The notes below the pieces were generated by a model. It was given only the letters and a program-made list of their open reading frames with translations. It was not told the origin of the DNA and did not search any database. Positions 23,689 to 33,333 of a stretch of 64,000 bases of DNA are shown here, piece after piece. This DNA comes from an uncultured Verrucomicrobiae bacterium (GTDB lineage Bacteria > Verrucomicrobiota > Verrucomicrobiia > Chthoniobacterales > UBA10450). Both the position numbers and the translations under genes were made by a program. Position 1 is the first letter of the stretch. Each line of letters starts with the position of its first letter. Where the stretch lies: NCBI GenBank assembly GCA_963735805.1, contig CAVTMK010000002.1, forward strand, positions 224,001-288,000. The letters run 5' to 3'.

Positions 23689-23934
23689 ATGAAATACATT
23701 GTTGGACTTGTGACCATGGGATTGCTCGCCGTTCTTGCGCTCGTTGTGGCCGGCTATTGCCTGTGGCTGACCACTACGTCTCTCTCGTATGCGCGAGTGG
23801 ATGCCGTGGAGAATGGGATTTTGCTGTCACTCGGCGTTTTTATGATGGCATTGGCCAGCTCAGCCGTAATTATCACGCGCTGGCTTCGATCAAGACGGAC
23901 AGAATCCAGTTCGAAAACTACGTCAAACGCCTGA
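23689..23934 (+). CDS. Cassette 3: small two-TM hypothetical protein
   Basis: 81-aa hydrophobic ORF between attC sites. Confidence 0.65.
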   Translation: MKYIVGLVTMGLLAVLALVVAGYCLWLTTTSLSYARVDAVENGILLSLGVFMMALASSAVIITRWLRSRRTESSSKTTSNA

Positions 23935-24031
23935 TACGATGCAGCGAACCCAGATCTTTGTTGTAAGCTCTCGGTCCATGCACACGCCAACTTTTCAAGT
24001 TGTTGGGGGGTGCAACTCGGCCTTGTTAGAT
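23922..24031 (+). other. attC site 3 (degenerate)
   Basis: CGATGCAGCGAACCCA ... GTTAGAT at 24025-24031, overlapping the next ATG. The R'' end is uncertain. Confidence 0.55.
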
Positions 24032-24335
24032 GGTTAAGCGCATCTTACTGCGAAAGGTCGTCGCTGTTGCCGCCCTTCTCGGCATTCTTGTTCCGATCGC
24101 TCTGCTGGTTCGAACGCTGTTGCTCGGGCGTCTCTTCGGCAGCACTTTGGAATTGCTGCTCTATCCCGGGTCCATCTTTCTGTTCAATCAATCGCGTCAC
24201 TCGTCATTCTACGGACTGACAACCTTTGGGTTGAGTCTTGTGGTCACCGTCGCGCTATATGCATTGGCCGGGGCGATCTTGTTCGGTATTGTCCGAGGCA
24301 TAGTGAGTGCATGGCGTTTTGTGCGGCAACGGTAA
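24030..24335 (+). CDS. Cassette 4 ORF A: hypothetical membrane protein
   Basis: ATG within the core site; hydrophobic 101-aa protein. Confidence 0.65.
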   Translation: MVKRILLRKVVAVAALLGILVPIALLVRTLLLGRLFGSTLELLLYPGSIFLFNQSRHSSFYGLTTFGLSLVVTVALYALAGAILFGIVRGIVSAWRFVRQR

Positions 24336-24360
24336 GCGACAAGAGAAACAGTAGCGGCGT

Positions 24361-24699
24361 ATGGGAACGAAGACGATGGCAGTGCTGGTCACGATTGCCT
24401 TTAGCGTGATCGGCGTCCTGGGTGACTATTTTCTCAAGCTGGCCAGCGGGCGCGAACAACCGCTGCGCACGAGCTGGTTTTACCTCGGCTTCGTCCTATA
24501 TGCCTCGACGGCGTTCGGCTGGGTGTTCGTAATGAAGCACCTGAAGCTGGCTACTATCAGTGTCCTTTACTCTGTCTCTCTGGTCCTGCTTCTCACTGCA
24601 ATCGGCGTGGTGTTGTTCCAGGAGTCACTGACCTACTTTGAGATGTTCGGGATCGTGTTAGCCGTGGCCTCGCTCGTGCTGTTGATGCGTTTCGCCTAG
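24361..24699 (+). CDS. Cassette 4 ORF B: SMR/DMT-superfamily small transporter
   Basis: 112 aa, four TM segments, acidic residue in TM1 (GDYFLK), GVVLFQESL motif. Confidence 0.8.
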   Translation: MGTKTMAVLVTIAFSVIGVLGDYFLKLASGREQPLRTSWFYLGFVLYASTAFGWVFVMKHLKLATISVLYSVSLVLLLTAIGVVLFQESLTYFEMFGIVLAVASLVLLMRFA

Positions 24700-24724
24700 C
24701 GATAAGACAATGCCTATCCCGAAG

Positions 24725-24841
24725 ATCTAACCAAGCGATCAAACCAACTCCCACGGCCTTCGCCTACAGATGTTGCATCAAAGACAACTTGCTACAACAC
24801 GGAGAAACAGATAACAACAGCGAGCAACTCCTACGTTAGAC
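24725..24841 (+). other. attC site 4
   Basis: ATCTAAC at 24725-31 is the exact complement of GTTAGAT that opens the cassette; ends at GTTAGAC 24835-41. Confidence 0.7.
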
Positions 24842-24843
24842 AA

Positions 24844-25464
24844 ATGACACGGAACTACCGCTTACTCTTCGGACCTTTGGCCGGAATTATTCTTGGTTTT
24901 GGCATAGCTGGCTTGGCGCTGCTGATTCCGGGCTATTGCCACGTTCAGCAAACGGTGAGCGAGATCGGAGAGATCGGTTCGCCGGCCAGGGTGCCCTTCG
25001 CTGTCATGTTAGGTTGCGTTGCGGTCTGCATTTTAGTCTTCGCTTGGGGTGTTCGCGATGTGTCGATAGCCGCACACCACTCCCGGTCAGCCGCATATTT
25101 GATTGGGTTTATGGCCTTGCCGGCTGCAGGAATTGGAGTCTTCGCCTACCCGCACCCGGCTCACAACGTTTTCGGAATGTCCGAACTGATCGGATATCAG
25201 GCACCGTTAGCCTTTGCCCTGACATGGAGACACGACGCGCGAGCGAAGACTCTTGTCACGCTCTCCTGGATTTTCTTTGTACTGATATGGGGTGCGATTG
25301 CTTTAAACTTAAGCCCATTTGTCGCCCCGGTTTGGACGCACATAAAGCCGATTCACGGGGTGATACAAAGAGCTCTTTTTGCTGCCTGGTTCGGTTGGTG
25401 CGCTGTACTAGGCATATTGCTGTTCCTACGAAACTGGCAGAATTCTGCCCATCGAAGCGCCTAG
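24844..25464 (+). CDS. Cassette 5: DUF998-like membrane protein
   Basis: PGYCHVQQTVSEIG motif, multiple TM segments, GVIQR motif. Confidence 0.75.
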   Translation: MTRNYRLLFGPLAGIILGFGIAGLALLIPGYCHVQQTVSEIGEIGSPARVPFAVMLGCVAVCILVFAWGVRDVSIAAHHSRSAAYLIGFMALPAAGIGVFAYPHPAHNVFGMSELIGYQAPLAFALTWRHDARAKTLVTLSWIFFVLIWGAIALNLSPFVAPVWTHIKPIHGVIQRALFAAWFGWCAVLGILLFLRNWQNSAHRSA

Positions 25465-25475
25465 AGTTACCTACT

Positions 25476-25910
25476 ATGGGAGCTCCTCTCGCAATCTTGG
25501 CGATAACGTTATTCGCTACTTCGGCGCGGTGTGCCGACGCCGACCGGAAACCACTCGATGACGAATCTTTGCGTAGCTACATGGCAGGCGAATATGACCT
25601 CATCGGACGGAAGGCCGAATCGACTGCGACTTACACCGGACATGTAACGATTCGAGATCAACGAGGGGTTTTACAAATAACAAGAACGTTCGAACGCAAA
25701 ATCGACGAATGCGTTGCTCGATTTGACACGGTGGCGGGCGCCGATCGTATCCCGGTGCTCAGAATGCGTTTTCGTTTCGACGGCAAAGAGTACGATGCCA
25801 CTTACCGCTGGCAATCTGATCCCGATAATTATCCGCGATTCGCCGGCTACTTTTATCTTGCCGGCACCAAATCGCCGGGGATTGAAGCGTTTTTTCCAAT
25901 CCATCAATGA
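25476..25910 (+). CDS. Secreted hypothetical protein
   Basis: Signal peptide MGAPLAILAITLFATSARCA; this is the 3' part of the 324-aa track ORF. Confidence 0.7.
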   Translation: MGAPLAILAITLFATSARCADADRKPLDDESLRSYMAGEYDLIGRKAESTATYTGHVTIRDQRGVLQITRTFERKIDECVARFDTVAGADRIPVLRMRFRFDGKEYDATYRWQSDPDNYPRFAGYFYLAGTKSPGIEAFFPIHQ

Positions 25911-26106
25911 CGCGAATGCGTTTCCGAGGCGAACAAGCAAGACTTTCGATCAAAACATCAAATCACTTCGCAATGAATTATGGACCTGGCCGTGCTCCTT
26001 AGTCATCATCGCTTATACGCCTGACGTATGATTGGATCTAAAAAGGCGATTTTACCTTACAATGCGCCAAACCGCAGTTCGCAAGTCTAGCCCGACGCCT
26101 CAGCGG

Positions 26107-26898
26107 ATGAACAAGAAATCCATGGTCCAAAAAAGACTGGATGGGAAAGTAGCGATCATTACCGGGGCCACGGGGGGGATCGGTGAGGCCACGGTGAGGC
26201 TTTTCCTGCGCGAGGGCGCCAACGTCATGTTGGTGGATCGCTCCTCGGATGAGTTAAAGGCCGCGTACGATCGGTTGGCTCCCAACAAAGCTATGGCGTG
26301 GTCTGTTGCCGACGCCAGCGATGAAGAGGCGACAGCGGCTGCCGTCGCAGCGACGATCAAAACTTTTGGCGGTGTGGACATCTTATTCGCCAACGCCGGC
26401 ACCGAAGGTCGGGTCAAGCCAATCGAGACAGTCAATGTAACGGAATTCGAACAAGTGCTGCGAACCAACATCCTCGGTGTCTGGCTCACGATAAAACATT
26501 GCGTCGAGCCTATGAAGAAACGGGGAAAGGGCTCAATGATCGCGACGGCTTCGGTCGCCGGCGTGATCGGTTATCCCGGCCTGGCTGCTTACAGCGCGAG
26601 CAAGCATGCGGTTTGCGGCCTGGTCAAAACAGCAGCGCTTGAGTTAGGTGCGCGTGGGATACGCGTGAATGCGATCGCGCCAGGACCGATCGACAATCGA
26701 ATGATGGGGTCGCTCGAATCCCAAATGTCGCCTGCGGATCCAACGTCCGTGCGCGAGGCAGTGAAGGCGAATATTGCGATGCAACGCTATGGCCTTAATG
26801 ACGAAGTGGCCAACCTTGCCGCGTTTCTCGGAAGCGACGAATCCTCGTATTGCACGGGCGCAATTTTTACGATTGACGGCGGATACACGGCTGCCTGA
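26107..26898 (+). CDS. Short-chain dehydrogenase/reductase
   Basis: TGATGGIG, NAG, YSASK, VNAIAPG, IDGG. Confidence 0.93.
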   Translation: MNKKSMVQKRLDGKVAIITGATGGIGEATVRLFLREGANVMLVDRSSDELKAAYDRLAPNKAMAWSVADASDEEATAAAVAATIKTFGGVDILFANAGTEGRVKPIETVNVTEFEQVLRTNILGVWLTIKHCVEPMKKRGKGSMIATASVAGVIGYPGLAAYSASKHAVCGLVKTAALELGARGIRVNAIAPGPIDNRMMGSLESQMSPADPTSVREAVKANIAMQRYGLNDEVANLAAFLGSDESSYCTGAIFTIDGGYTAA

Positions 26899-26947
26899 CC
26901 AGGTAACCCTTCATTCTCGTTAGCTATGGGAATTTGAGGCCGTCCTT

Positions 26948-27342
26948 ATGAAACCTAGCGCAACGATGCGGGTGGCCCGGCCAACTGATAACCTCACGGC
27001 GATTGCCGAGATGTATGCGAAAGGGCTGGGTTTCACCGTGCTGGCACGGTTTGAAAATCACCGCGGCTTTGATGGTGTTATCCTGGTCACGCCAAACAGC
27101 CCTACCATGTCGAGTTCACCTCGCAACGAGGACATCCGGTCGGCAAGGCCCCGACCCGGGATTATCTGCTGGTCTTTTACATTTCAAACAAGCGTGAATG
27201 GGAAACAGGCTGTGCACAGATGATATCGGCAGGCTTTCAGGAGGTGTCGTCCTACAACCCGTACTGGGACCTGCAAGGCAGGACGTTCGAAGATATCGAC
27301 GGCTATCGAGTGGTATTGCGGAACGCGACGTGGACGGAATAG
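26948..27342 (+). pseudogene. VOC/glyoxalase-family (YycE-like) gene frameshifted near 27085
   Basis: RVARPTDNL...FENHRGFDGVIL continues in another frame as GHAKQPYHVEFT...LLVFY...NPYWDLQGRTFEDIDGYRVVL...TE*. Confidence 0.8.
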
Positions 27343-27407
27343 GGCAGACAATTTTGTCCGCCCTGTTTTATGAGCCCTTGCAGGCAGAATTGCCGGCGCT
27401 ATTGACT

Positions 27408-27773
27408 CTATTTTGGAGATCGTGAATCGGCGTGCGTCTTAACGTCACGCCTTTGCTTGTCCACGACGCGGCGCAATTCGCGCTCCATCGTTTTGAACGC
27501 GTCGTGAATCACCTTGTTGAGCGGCTGGTGTGAGCCGTTATCCATCTGCTTTTCATCAGCAACCAATTCGTGGCCCCGTGCCACAGTTACATCGATACGG
27601 CACCGGTACGGGTTCCCTTTTTGATGTGTGTGATTAGTTTGCTCAATCGCCACATCGCAGCGGTTGATGTGGTCGCAAAATTTTTCTAGTCGCGTGGCAT
27701 AATCAAAAACGAGATTGTCGATCTGGTCAGATTTTTCCAGACCCCGATACGAGATCTTAACAGGCAGTTGCAT
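27408..27773 (-). CDS. HPF/RaiA-family ribosome-associated protein
   Basis: MQLPVKISYRGLEKS...LEKFCDHI...IHDAFKTMEREL. Confidence 0.85.
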   Translation of the reverse strand: MQLPVKISYRGLEKSDQIDNLVFDYATRLEKFCDHINRCDVAIEQTNHTHQKGNPYRCRIDVTVARGHELVADEKQMDNGSHQPLNKVIHDAFKTMERELRRVVDKQRRDVKTHADSRSPK

Positions 27774-27837
27774 GATTATTTAAATAGTAATCCTCTACCT
27801 CGCGTTGAAGGAACAAAAATCGCGATACGCCATGGTT

Positions 27838-28305
27838 TCAAATTTGCTGCAGCGAACGAAACCGCGAAACGAGTTTCGCCGGTTCTACTTTTACCAAATC
27901 CGATTTCACATGTTCGACGATTCGGTCGCGCACTGCCGCAGGCAGAAGATCGACAATCGCTCCATGAATTTCTGCAGGCGCGGCAAACGACCATCCCGCC
28001 GTTCCATTTAGGGAAACAATTTTTGTAATTTGATCGGCGAGTTCCCTATGGATGCGGCGGTCCATTTCTGTTGTCAACTGCGTCCGCTCGGCAATGGAAG
28101 CCGCTCCATGGTGAGAACCGGCGCCGTTGGTCACCGGAAATCGCCCGGCCGAATCGCTCACTTTGTCCACTAACCTGCCGTGCGCGTCTGTGATGTTGAA
28201 CGCCTGCACTAACTGCAGATTTGGTCCACGCGTCGGCGTCTCGTTTACCCGATATGCTTTTAACTCGCCTCGATCAGTGACGATGATAAGCGAACTCGGT
28301 GTCAT
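27838..28305 (-). CDS. Host-attachment (baeRF12/AtsE-like) protein
   Basis: IIVTDRG, SDSAGRF, FAAPA and KSDLVK motifs. Confidence 0.75.
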   Translation of the reverse strand: MTPSSLIIVTDRGELKAYRVNETPTRGPNLQLVQAFNITDAHGRLVDKVSDSAGRFPVTNGAGSHHGAASIAERTQLTTEMDRRIHRELADQITKIVSLNGTAGWSFAAPAEIHGAIVDLLPAAVRDRIVEHVKSDLVKVEPAKLVSRFRSLQQI

Positions 28306-28421
28306 GAGGAATCACTGACCAAAAAATTGGCCGCGCATCAAAGATGCGTTCTACATGTCTATAGATTAATTCGTTTCTGGCAACAAGATTGCGTTGCCGA
28401 ATTTTTCTCTCGCGCAACAGG

Positions 28422-30650
28422 CTACCTGTGGCGAGCGCGCTCTTCTTCTGCACTGAGTGGAGGAAACTCGACGTGACGCTTTTTCCAGGATTCCTCCCGA
28501 GCCTGGGCTTGCGTCCCGCTTACAAGCTGGAGCAAGCAGCAAGCGCGACCGCCAATATTGACGTCGTCACCCGACCCGAATGTTTTTGGCTGATCAAGGA
28601 AGCCCTTCGGATCCATTGTGTCGAGAATCAACTGCCACTCCAGATGCTCCTGGCCGGGCAGGACAAATGGGATTGGTTCGTAATGTGCATTGATCAGAAG
28701 GAGAAATGTTTCGTCACGGATTGGCTCGCCTTCGAAACTGAGAATATCGCTTGTGTCGCCGCTCAGCAGCATCCCGACACAGCGAACAAATGGCGACGCC
28801 CATTCTTCGTCGCTCATTTCACTCCCGCCCGGATTGAACCACATCACGTCGCGAATCTCCGAACCGCGTATCCGCCGACCCTGAAAAAATTTCGGCCGGC
28901 GAAACGTCGGATGCGCATTGCGAAATCCAATCAACTTGCGCGTGAATTCCAACAGCTGATTTTGCTTTTCGTTGCGTGTCCAGTTGAACCAGCTGATCTC
29001 ATTGTCCTGGCAATAAGCGTTGTTGTTGCCATTCTGTGATCGTCCCCATTCGTCGCCGCCGCTGAGCATCGGCACGCCTTGCGAAAGAAAAAGCGTAGTC
29101 AGAAAATTACGCTGTTGCCGTTCGCGCAACGCATTGATCTGTGGGTCGTCCGTCGGACCTTCCGCGCCGCAATTCCACGATAGATTATTGTTGTCGCCGT
29201 CTTTGTTGCCGTCATCGTTCGCTTCGTTGTGCTTTTCGTTGTAGCTGACCAGGTCGTTCAGCGTGAAACCATCGTGCGCGGTTACAAAATTCACACTGGC
29301 GTACGGCCGTCGACCATTGTGCTGGTACAAGTCGGGGCTCCCGGTAAGCCGGTATCCCATCTCGCCGATCCGGCCTTCGTCGCCTTTCCAAAAACCCCGA
29401 ACCGCATCGCGATATTTTCCGTTCCATTCCGACCACGGCGAAGGAAAATTTCCCACTTGATAGCCGCCGTCCCCAACATCCCACGGCTCCGCTATTAGTT
29501 TCACGTTCGAAAGGATCGGATCCTGCTGGATGGTTTGGAGAAAGGGATGCAGCATGTTTGCGCCGTCGCGATTGCGCACAAGGGTGGTCGCCAAATCGAA
29601 GCGAAATCCATCCACGTGCATTTCCACCACCCAATAACGCAGACTGTCGATCACTAATTGCAGGACGCGCGGATGAAGCAGATTAAACGTGTTGCCAGTG
29701 CCAGTGAAATCCAGATAGAAACGCGGATTTTCGGGATGCAACCGGTAATAGGCGGCGTTGTCGATGCCACGAAAGCAGAGCGTCGGACCAAGATGATTTC
29801 CCTCCGCGGTATGGTTGTAAACGACATCGAGAATCACTTCGATTCCGGCAGCGTGAAGACTGCGCACCATCGACTTGAATTCCTGGACTTGTTCTCCCAC
29901 TTGCCCGCCGCTGGAGTACTGCCCATGCGGCGCAAAAAATCCGATCGTATTGTAACCCCAGTAATTCGTCAGGCCGCGATCGATCAGGACCTTGTCCTCA
30001 ATGTGCGCGTGCACTGGTAATAGCTCGATGGCCGTCACGCCGAGCTTTTTGAAGTAATCAATGGCCGCCGGGCTGCCGAGTCCTGCGTAAGTGCCTCTCA
30101 ATTTCTCCGGCACATCGGGCCAAAGTTTGCTGAAGCCCTTCACGTGCACCTCATAGATCACAGAACTGTGCAGGGGCGTAGCGGGCTTCTGATCGCCCTG
30201 CCAATCGAATCCCGCGTCGATAACTACCGACTTGGGCACGCCCCACGCATCGTCTCGAAAATCCTGGGTCAGATCCTCTTTCTCGCCGCCGATAACGTAT
30301 CCGAACATTTCATCAGCCCAGCTCACTTCTCCGGCGATCGCCTTCGCGTACGGGTCGAGAAGGAGTTTCGAGCTGTTGAAGCGCAATCCGTGTTCCGGAT
30401 CATAAGGACCGGAAACGCGGAAACCGTACAACTGCCCAGGCCGTACATCCGGCAAAAATACATGCCAGACCTGATCGGTGCGTTCGTTGATGGGGATACG
30501 AATGTTTTCTTCGGTGGCCTCGATGTTGTCGAACAAGCAAAGCTCAACACCGGCAGCGTGCTCGGAAAAGATTGCAAAGTTGACGCCGTTCCCCATCCAG
30601 GTTGCGCCCAAAGGATAGGGGTAACCGAGGAAAGTCCGTACCGAAGTCAT
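28422..30650 (-). CDS. glgX: Glycogen debranching enzyme (GH13)
   Basis: PLGAT, NYWGY, DVVYNHTAEG, DGFRFDLA, IAEPWD, TAHDGFTL, GNNNAYCQDN. Confidence 0.97.
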   Translation of the reverse strand: MTSVRTFLGYPYPLGATWMGNGVNFAIFSEHAAGVELCLFDNIEATEENIRIPINERTDQVWHVFLPDVRPGQLYGFRVSGPYDPEHGLRFNSSKLLLDPYAKAIAGEVSWADEMFGYVIGGEKEDLTQDFRDDAWGVPKSVVIDAGFDWQGDQKPATPLHSSVIYEVHVKGFSKLWPDVPEKLRGTYAGLGSPAAIDYFKKLGVTAIELLPVHAHIEDKVLIDRGLTNYWGYNTIGFFAPHGQYSSGGQVGEQVQEFKSMVRSLHAAGIEVILDVVYNHTAEGNHLGPTLCFRGIDNAAYYRLHPENPRFYLDFTGTGNTFNLLHPRVLQLVIDSLRYWVVEMHVDGFRFDLATTLVRNRDGANMLHPFLQTIQQDPILSNVKLIAEPWDVGDGGYQVGNFPSPWSEWNGKYRDAVRGFWKGDEGRIGEMGYRLTGSPDLYQHNGRRPYASVNFVTAHDGFTLNDLVSYNEKHNEANDDGNKDGDNNNLSWNCGAEGPTDDPQINALRERQQRNFLTTLFLSQGVPMLSGGDEWGRSQNGNNNAYCQDNEISWFNWTRNEKQNQLLEFTRKLIGFRNAHPTFRRPKFFQGRRIRGSEIRDVMWFNPGGSEMSDEEWASPFVRCVGMLLSGDTSDILSFEGEPIRDETFLLLINAHYEPIPFVLPGQEHLEWQLILDTMDPKGFLDQPKTFGSGDDVNIGGRACCLLQLVSGTQAQAREESWKKRHVEFPPLSAEEERARHR

Positions 30651-30762
30651 AAACGCGCCGCGCATTTATCCGGCATCGAGTCCGCATTGGCAATCATCAA
30701 CTGGGGCGACCGCACGGTCGCGCTAATGTTGCATTTGTCAGCGTGTCACTAAGATGACTTAA

Positions 30763-31290
30763 GTGATCGGCAAAATCATTGTCACAGCGGTGGCATCGGT
30801 TGCTCTCTGCGCCCTGGCTTTTTACTTCTACGCACATCACAATTGGCATCCGCTGCCGGGAGGCACAGCAATCGATCGGATCGTCGTGGAAAAAGCAGAA
30901 AGGAAACTGTCGATCTTTCGCGACGGCAATGAGATCAAAAGCTATCGAATCGCGTTAGGTGGGAATCCGGTTGGCGCGAAGCAAGAAGAAGGCGACATGA
31001 AAACGCCGGAAGGAATTTACAAGATCGATAGTCGAAATCCGCAGAGCAGTTTTCACCTCGCGTTGCACATTTCTTATCCGTCAGATGAAGACAAACTGCG
31101 CGCGGCTGCGCGAGGCGTCTCAGCCGGTTCTGACATCATGATTCACGGAATTCAGAACGGACGCGGCTGGATTGGGACCTTTCATCGTTGGAAAGATTGG
31201 ACTGCCGGCTGCATCGCACTCACTGACGAACAGATCGAAGAACTCTGGCGTGCGACGCCGGATGGGACGACGGTCGAGATTCGTCCGTAG
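30763..31290 (+). CDS. L,D-transpeptidase (YkuD/YafK-like) family protein
   Basis: EGDMKTPEG, ISYPS, IMIHG...WTAGCIAL. Confidence 0.9.
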   Translation: MIGKIIVTAVASVALCALAFYFYAHHNWHPLPGGTAIDRIVVEKAERKLSIFRDGNEIKSYRIALGGNPVGAKQEEGDMKTPEGIYKIDSRNPQSSFHLALHISYPSDEDKLRAAARGVSAGSDIMIHGIQNGRGWIGTFHRWKDWTAGCIALTDEQIEELWRATPDGTTVEIRP

Positions 31291-31468
31291 TTTTCACAGC
31301 CGATGTTGCCCATCACCCAATAAAAAATTCCTCATGGAACCGGAGGACAAGGAACTGCGAGGCCGCAAATGGTTGAGGAACCTGCTCGCGAGAAACTGAC
31401 CGGCGCTACATCAGCCTCATCCCGATTGCTCCATTGCGAATTCTAGAGACCGAAGTAAAACGAGATCA

Positions 31469-32443
31469 ATGAAGGCTATTCGCGTGCATGAATTTGGTGG
31501 TCCGGAAGTTCTTCGCCTTGAAGAGGTGCCGACACCGCAGCCCGGTCCTGGTGAAGTCCTAATTCGAATGCACGCAATCGGTGTGAACCCGGTAGAGACA
31601 TACATTCGTGCTGGAACTTATGCGCGATTGCCGAGGCTGCCTTACACCCCAGGTAACGACGGCGCGGGCATTGTTGAGCAAATTGGCGACTCCGTCACGG
31701 GGTTTAGATCGGGCGATCGCGTTTACACTGCGGGATCAGTGAGCGGCACGTATGCCGAGTTAGCATTGTGCAAAACAGAGCAAGTACATGCGCTGCCGGA
31801 AAAAGTTTCGTTCGCACAAGGCGCAACTGTGGGCACGCCATACGCAACGGCATATCGCGGAATGTTTCAGCGCGCCGAAGCCAAACCGGGCGAAACGGTG
31901 TTGGTGCACGGTGCCAGTGGTGGTGTCGGGACGGCAGCCGTGCAACTGGCGCGCGCTCGCGGTCTGCGTGTATTTGGCACCGCGGGCAGTGACGAAGGCT
32001 GTAAGCACGTCCGCGAAGAAGGCGCGCACGAAGTGTTCGATCATCGCGCGCCTGATCATTTCCAGCAGATCATGAAGGCGACCGATGAGCGCGGCGTTGA
32101 TGTGATAGTGGAATTGCTTGCAAACGTGAATTTGGAGAAAGATCTGACCATTCTCGCGAAGGGCGGTCGCGTCGCGGTTATCGGCAGCCGCGGTCGGGTG
32201 GAAATCAATCCGCGTGACGCGATGCAGCGCGACGCCGATATTCGCGGAATGGTATTGCCGAACACGCCACCGGCGGAGATGGCGAGTATTCACGCCGCGC
32301 TGATAGCCGGTCTGGAAAACGGGACGTTGCGTCCGGTCATCGGCAAGGAATTCGCGCTAGCCGAAGCAGCCCACGCGCATCGCGCGGTCATGGAGGCAGG
32401 AGCAGTGGGAAAAATTGTGCTAGTGACGGAAAGTAAGAAGTAG
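31469..32443 (+). CDS. NADPH:quinone reductase (zeta-crystallin-like)
   Basis: FGGPEVL, GVNPVE, HGASGGVG, GKIVL. Confidence 0.92.
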   Translation: MKAIRVHEFGGPEVLRLEEVPTPQPGPGEVLIRMHAIGVNPVETYIRAGTYARLPRLPYTPGNDGAGIVEQIGDSVTGFRSGDRVYTAGSVSGTYAELALCKTEQVHALPEKVSFAQGATVGTPYATAYRGMFQRAEAKPGETVLVHGASGGVGTAAVQLARARGLRVFGTAGSDEGCKHVREEGAHEVFDHRAPDHFQQIMKATDERGVDVIVELLANVNLEKDLTILAKGGRVAVIGSRGRVEINPRDAMQRDADIRGMVLPNTPPAEMASIHAALIAGLENGTLRPVIGKEFALAEAAHAHRAVMEAGAVGKIVLVTESKK

Positions 32444-32512
32444 CAATTACGAAGACGGAAACCGGCACCACGGCTCTGAACGCGCCAACAAGACGCGAAT
32501 CGATTTCAAATG

Positions 32513-33045
32513 TCAGGGCGTGAACCCGATTCGAGGCTTCGGCGGTTCCGGTGGTGCCGGCGGAGGATTGAGGATCTGCATCAGCTCTTGTAAGAGCTCC
32601 ACGATAGCCGCTTCGTGTACGTCCAGTCTGGAGGTGAGTTTTTTCTCAAGTGCAGCGAGCTTTTTGGCAAGTGCGGGAGCGGCGCGAAGCGTCTCCCGCA
32701 TTTTTGCAAAGGCACGGACCACAAAAATACTCATTTGCACAGCGCGAGCGCTGTTTAGAATGTTGGCCGCTTGCAACGCGCCGTATTCGGTGAAGACGTA
32801 TGGGCGGTATCGGCGGCCACCATGCGAACTTGAGGTCGCAATTTGCGACCTCAAAGAATTAACCTCCTCCGCGGTAAGCTGGAATGCGAAGTCTTCTGGA
32901 AACCGTTTCCGATTACGGCGATATTGTTCGTTCAACCTTTTGGTCGGAACGCCATATAGCGCGGCAAGATCCGAATCGAGATCACCCGCGCACGGCGAAT
33001 TGTGTAAATCCGCTGTTCAATGATTGCGAGGTCGGTTTCGGCCAT
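32513..33045 (-). pseudogene. ORF6N-domain DNA-binding protein, frameshifted near 32981
   Basis: MAETDLAIIEQRIYTIRRARV then, in a shifted frame, LDSDLAALYGVPTKRLNEQYRRNRKRFPEDFAFQLT...PYVFTEYG...PRIGF. Confidence 0.8.
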
Positions 33046-33333
33046 TGATTAATGTTGGGTTCAGCTCCGAGTCATCACCGAACTCATCACAATTTACAAT
33101 GAGTTCACGACGCGCTTTGAATTCTTCGTCAAATGAATTGAGAAGTTCAAGGTCACAATTCGCGACCAGGAAAATTCCACAGGTTAGTTGCCGTCGATCC
33201 AAGCACATAGAGGAATTGACTTTTCGTCGGCGGGACTTGGATTTGTCCGATTCTTGATGTGCTCGTCGTCGACGTGGAGTTTCAAAGTAGAAAGGCTGGC
33301 GTTATCGTAATCTCGTTAAGATAGGAATTATCC

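Noticed and set aside
24936..25475. N-terminal part of the 324-aa track ORF
   Set aside because: Out-of-frame overlap with the DUF998-like gene; the real gene most likely starts at the signal peptide at 25476.
25911..27342. Extension of the cassette array over the SDR and VOC genes
   Set aside because: No convincing attC with complementary cores was found after 24841, so cassette status is unsupported.
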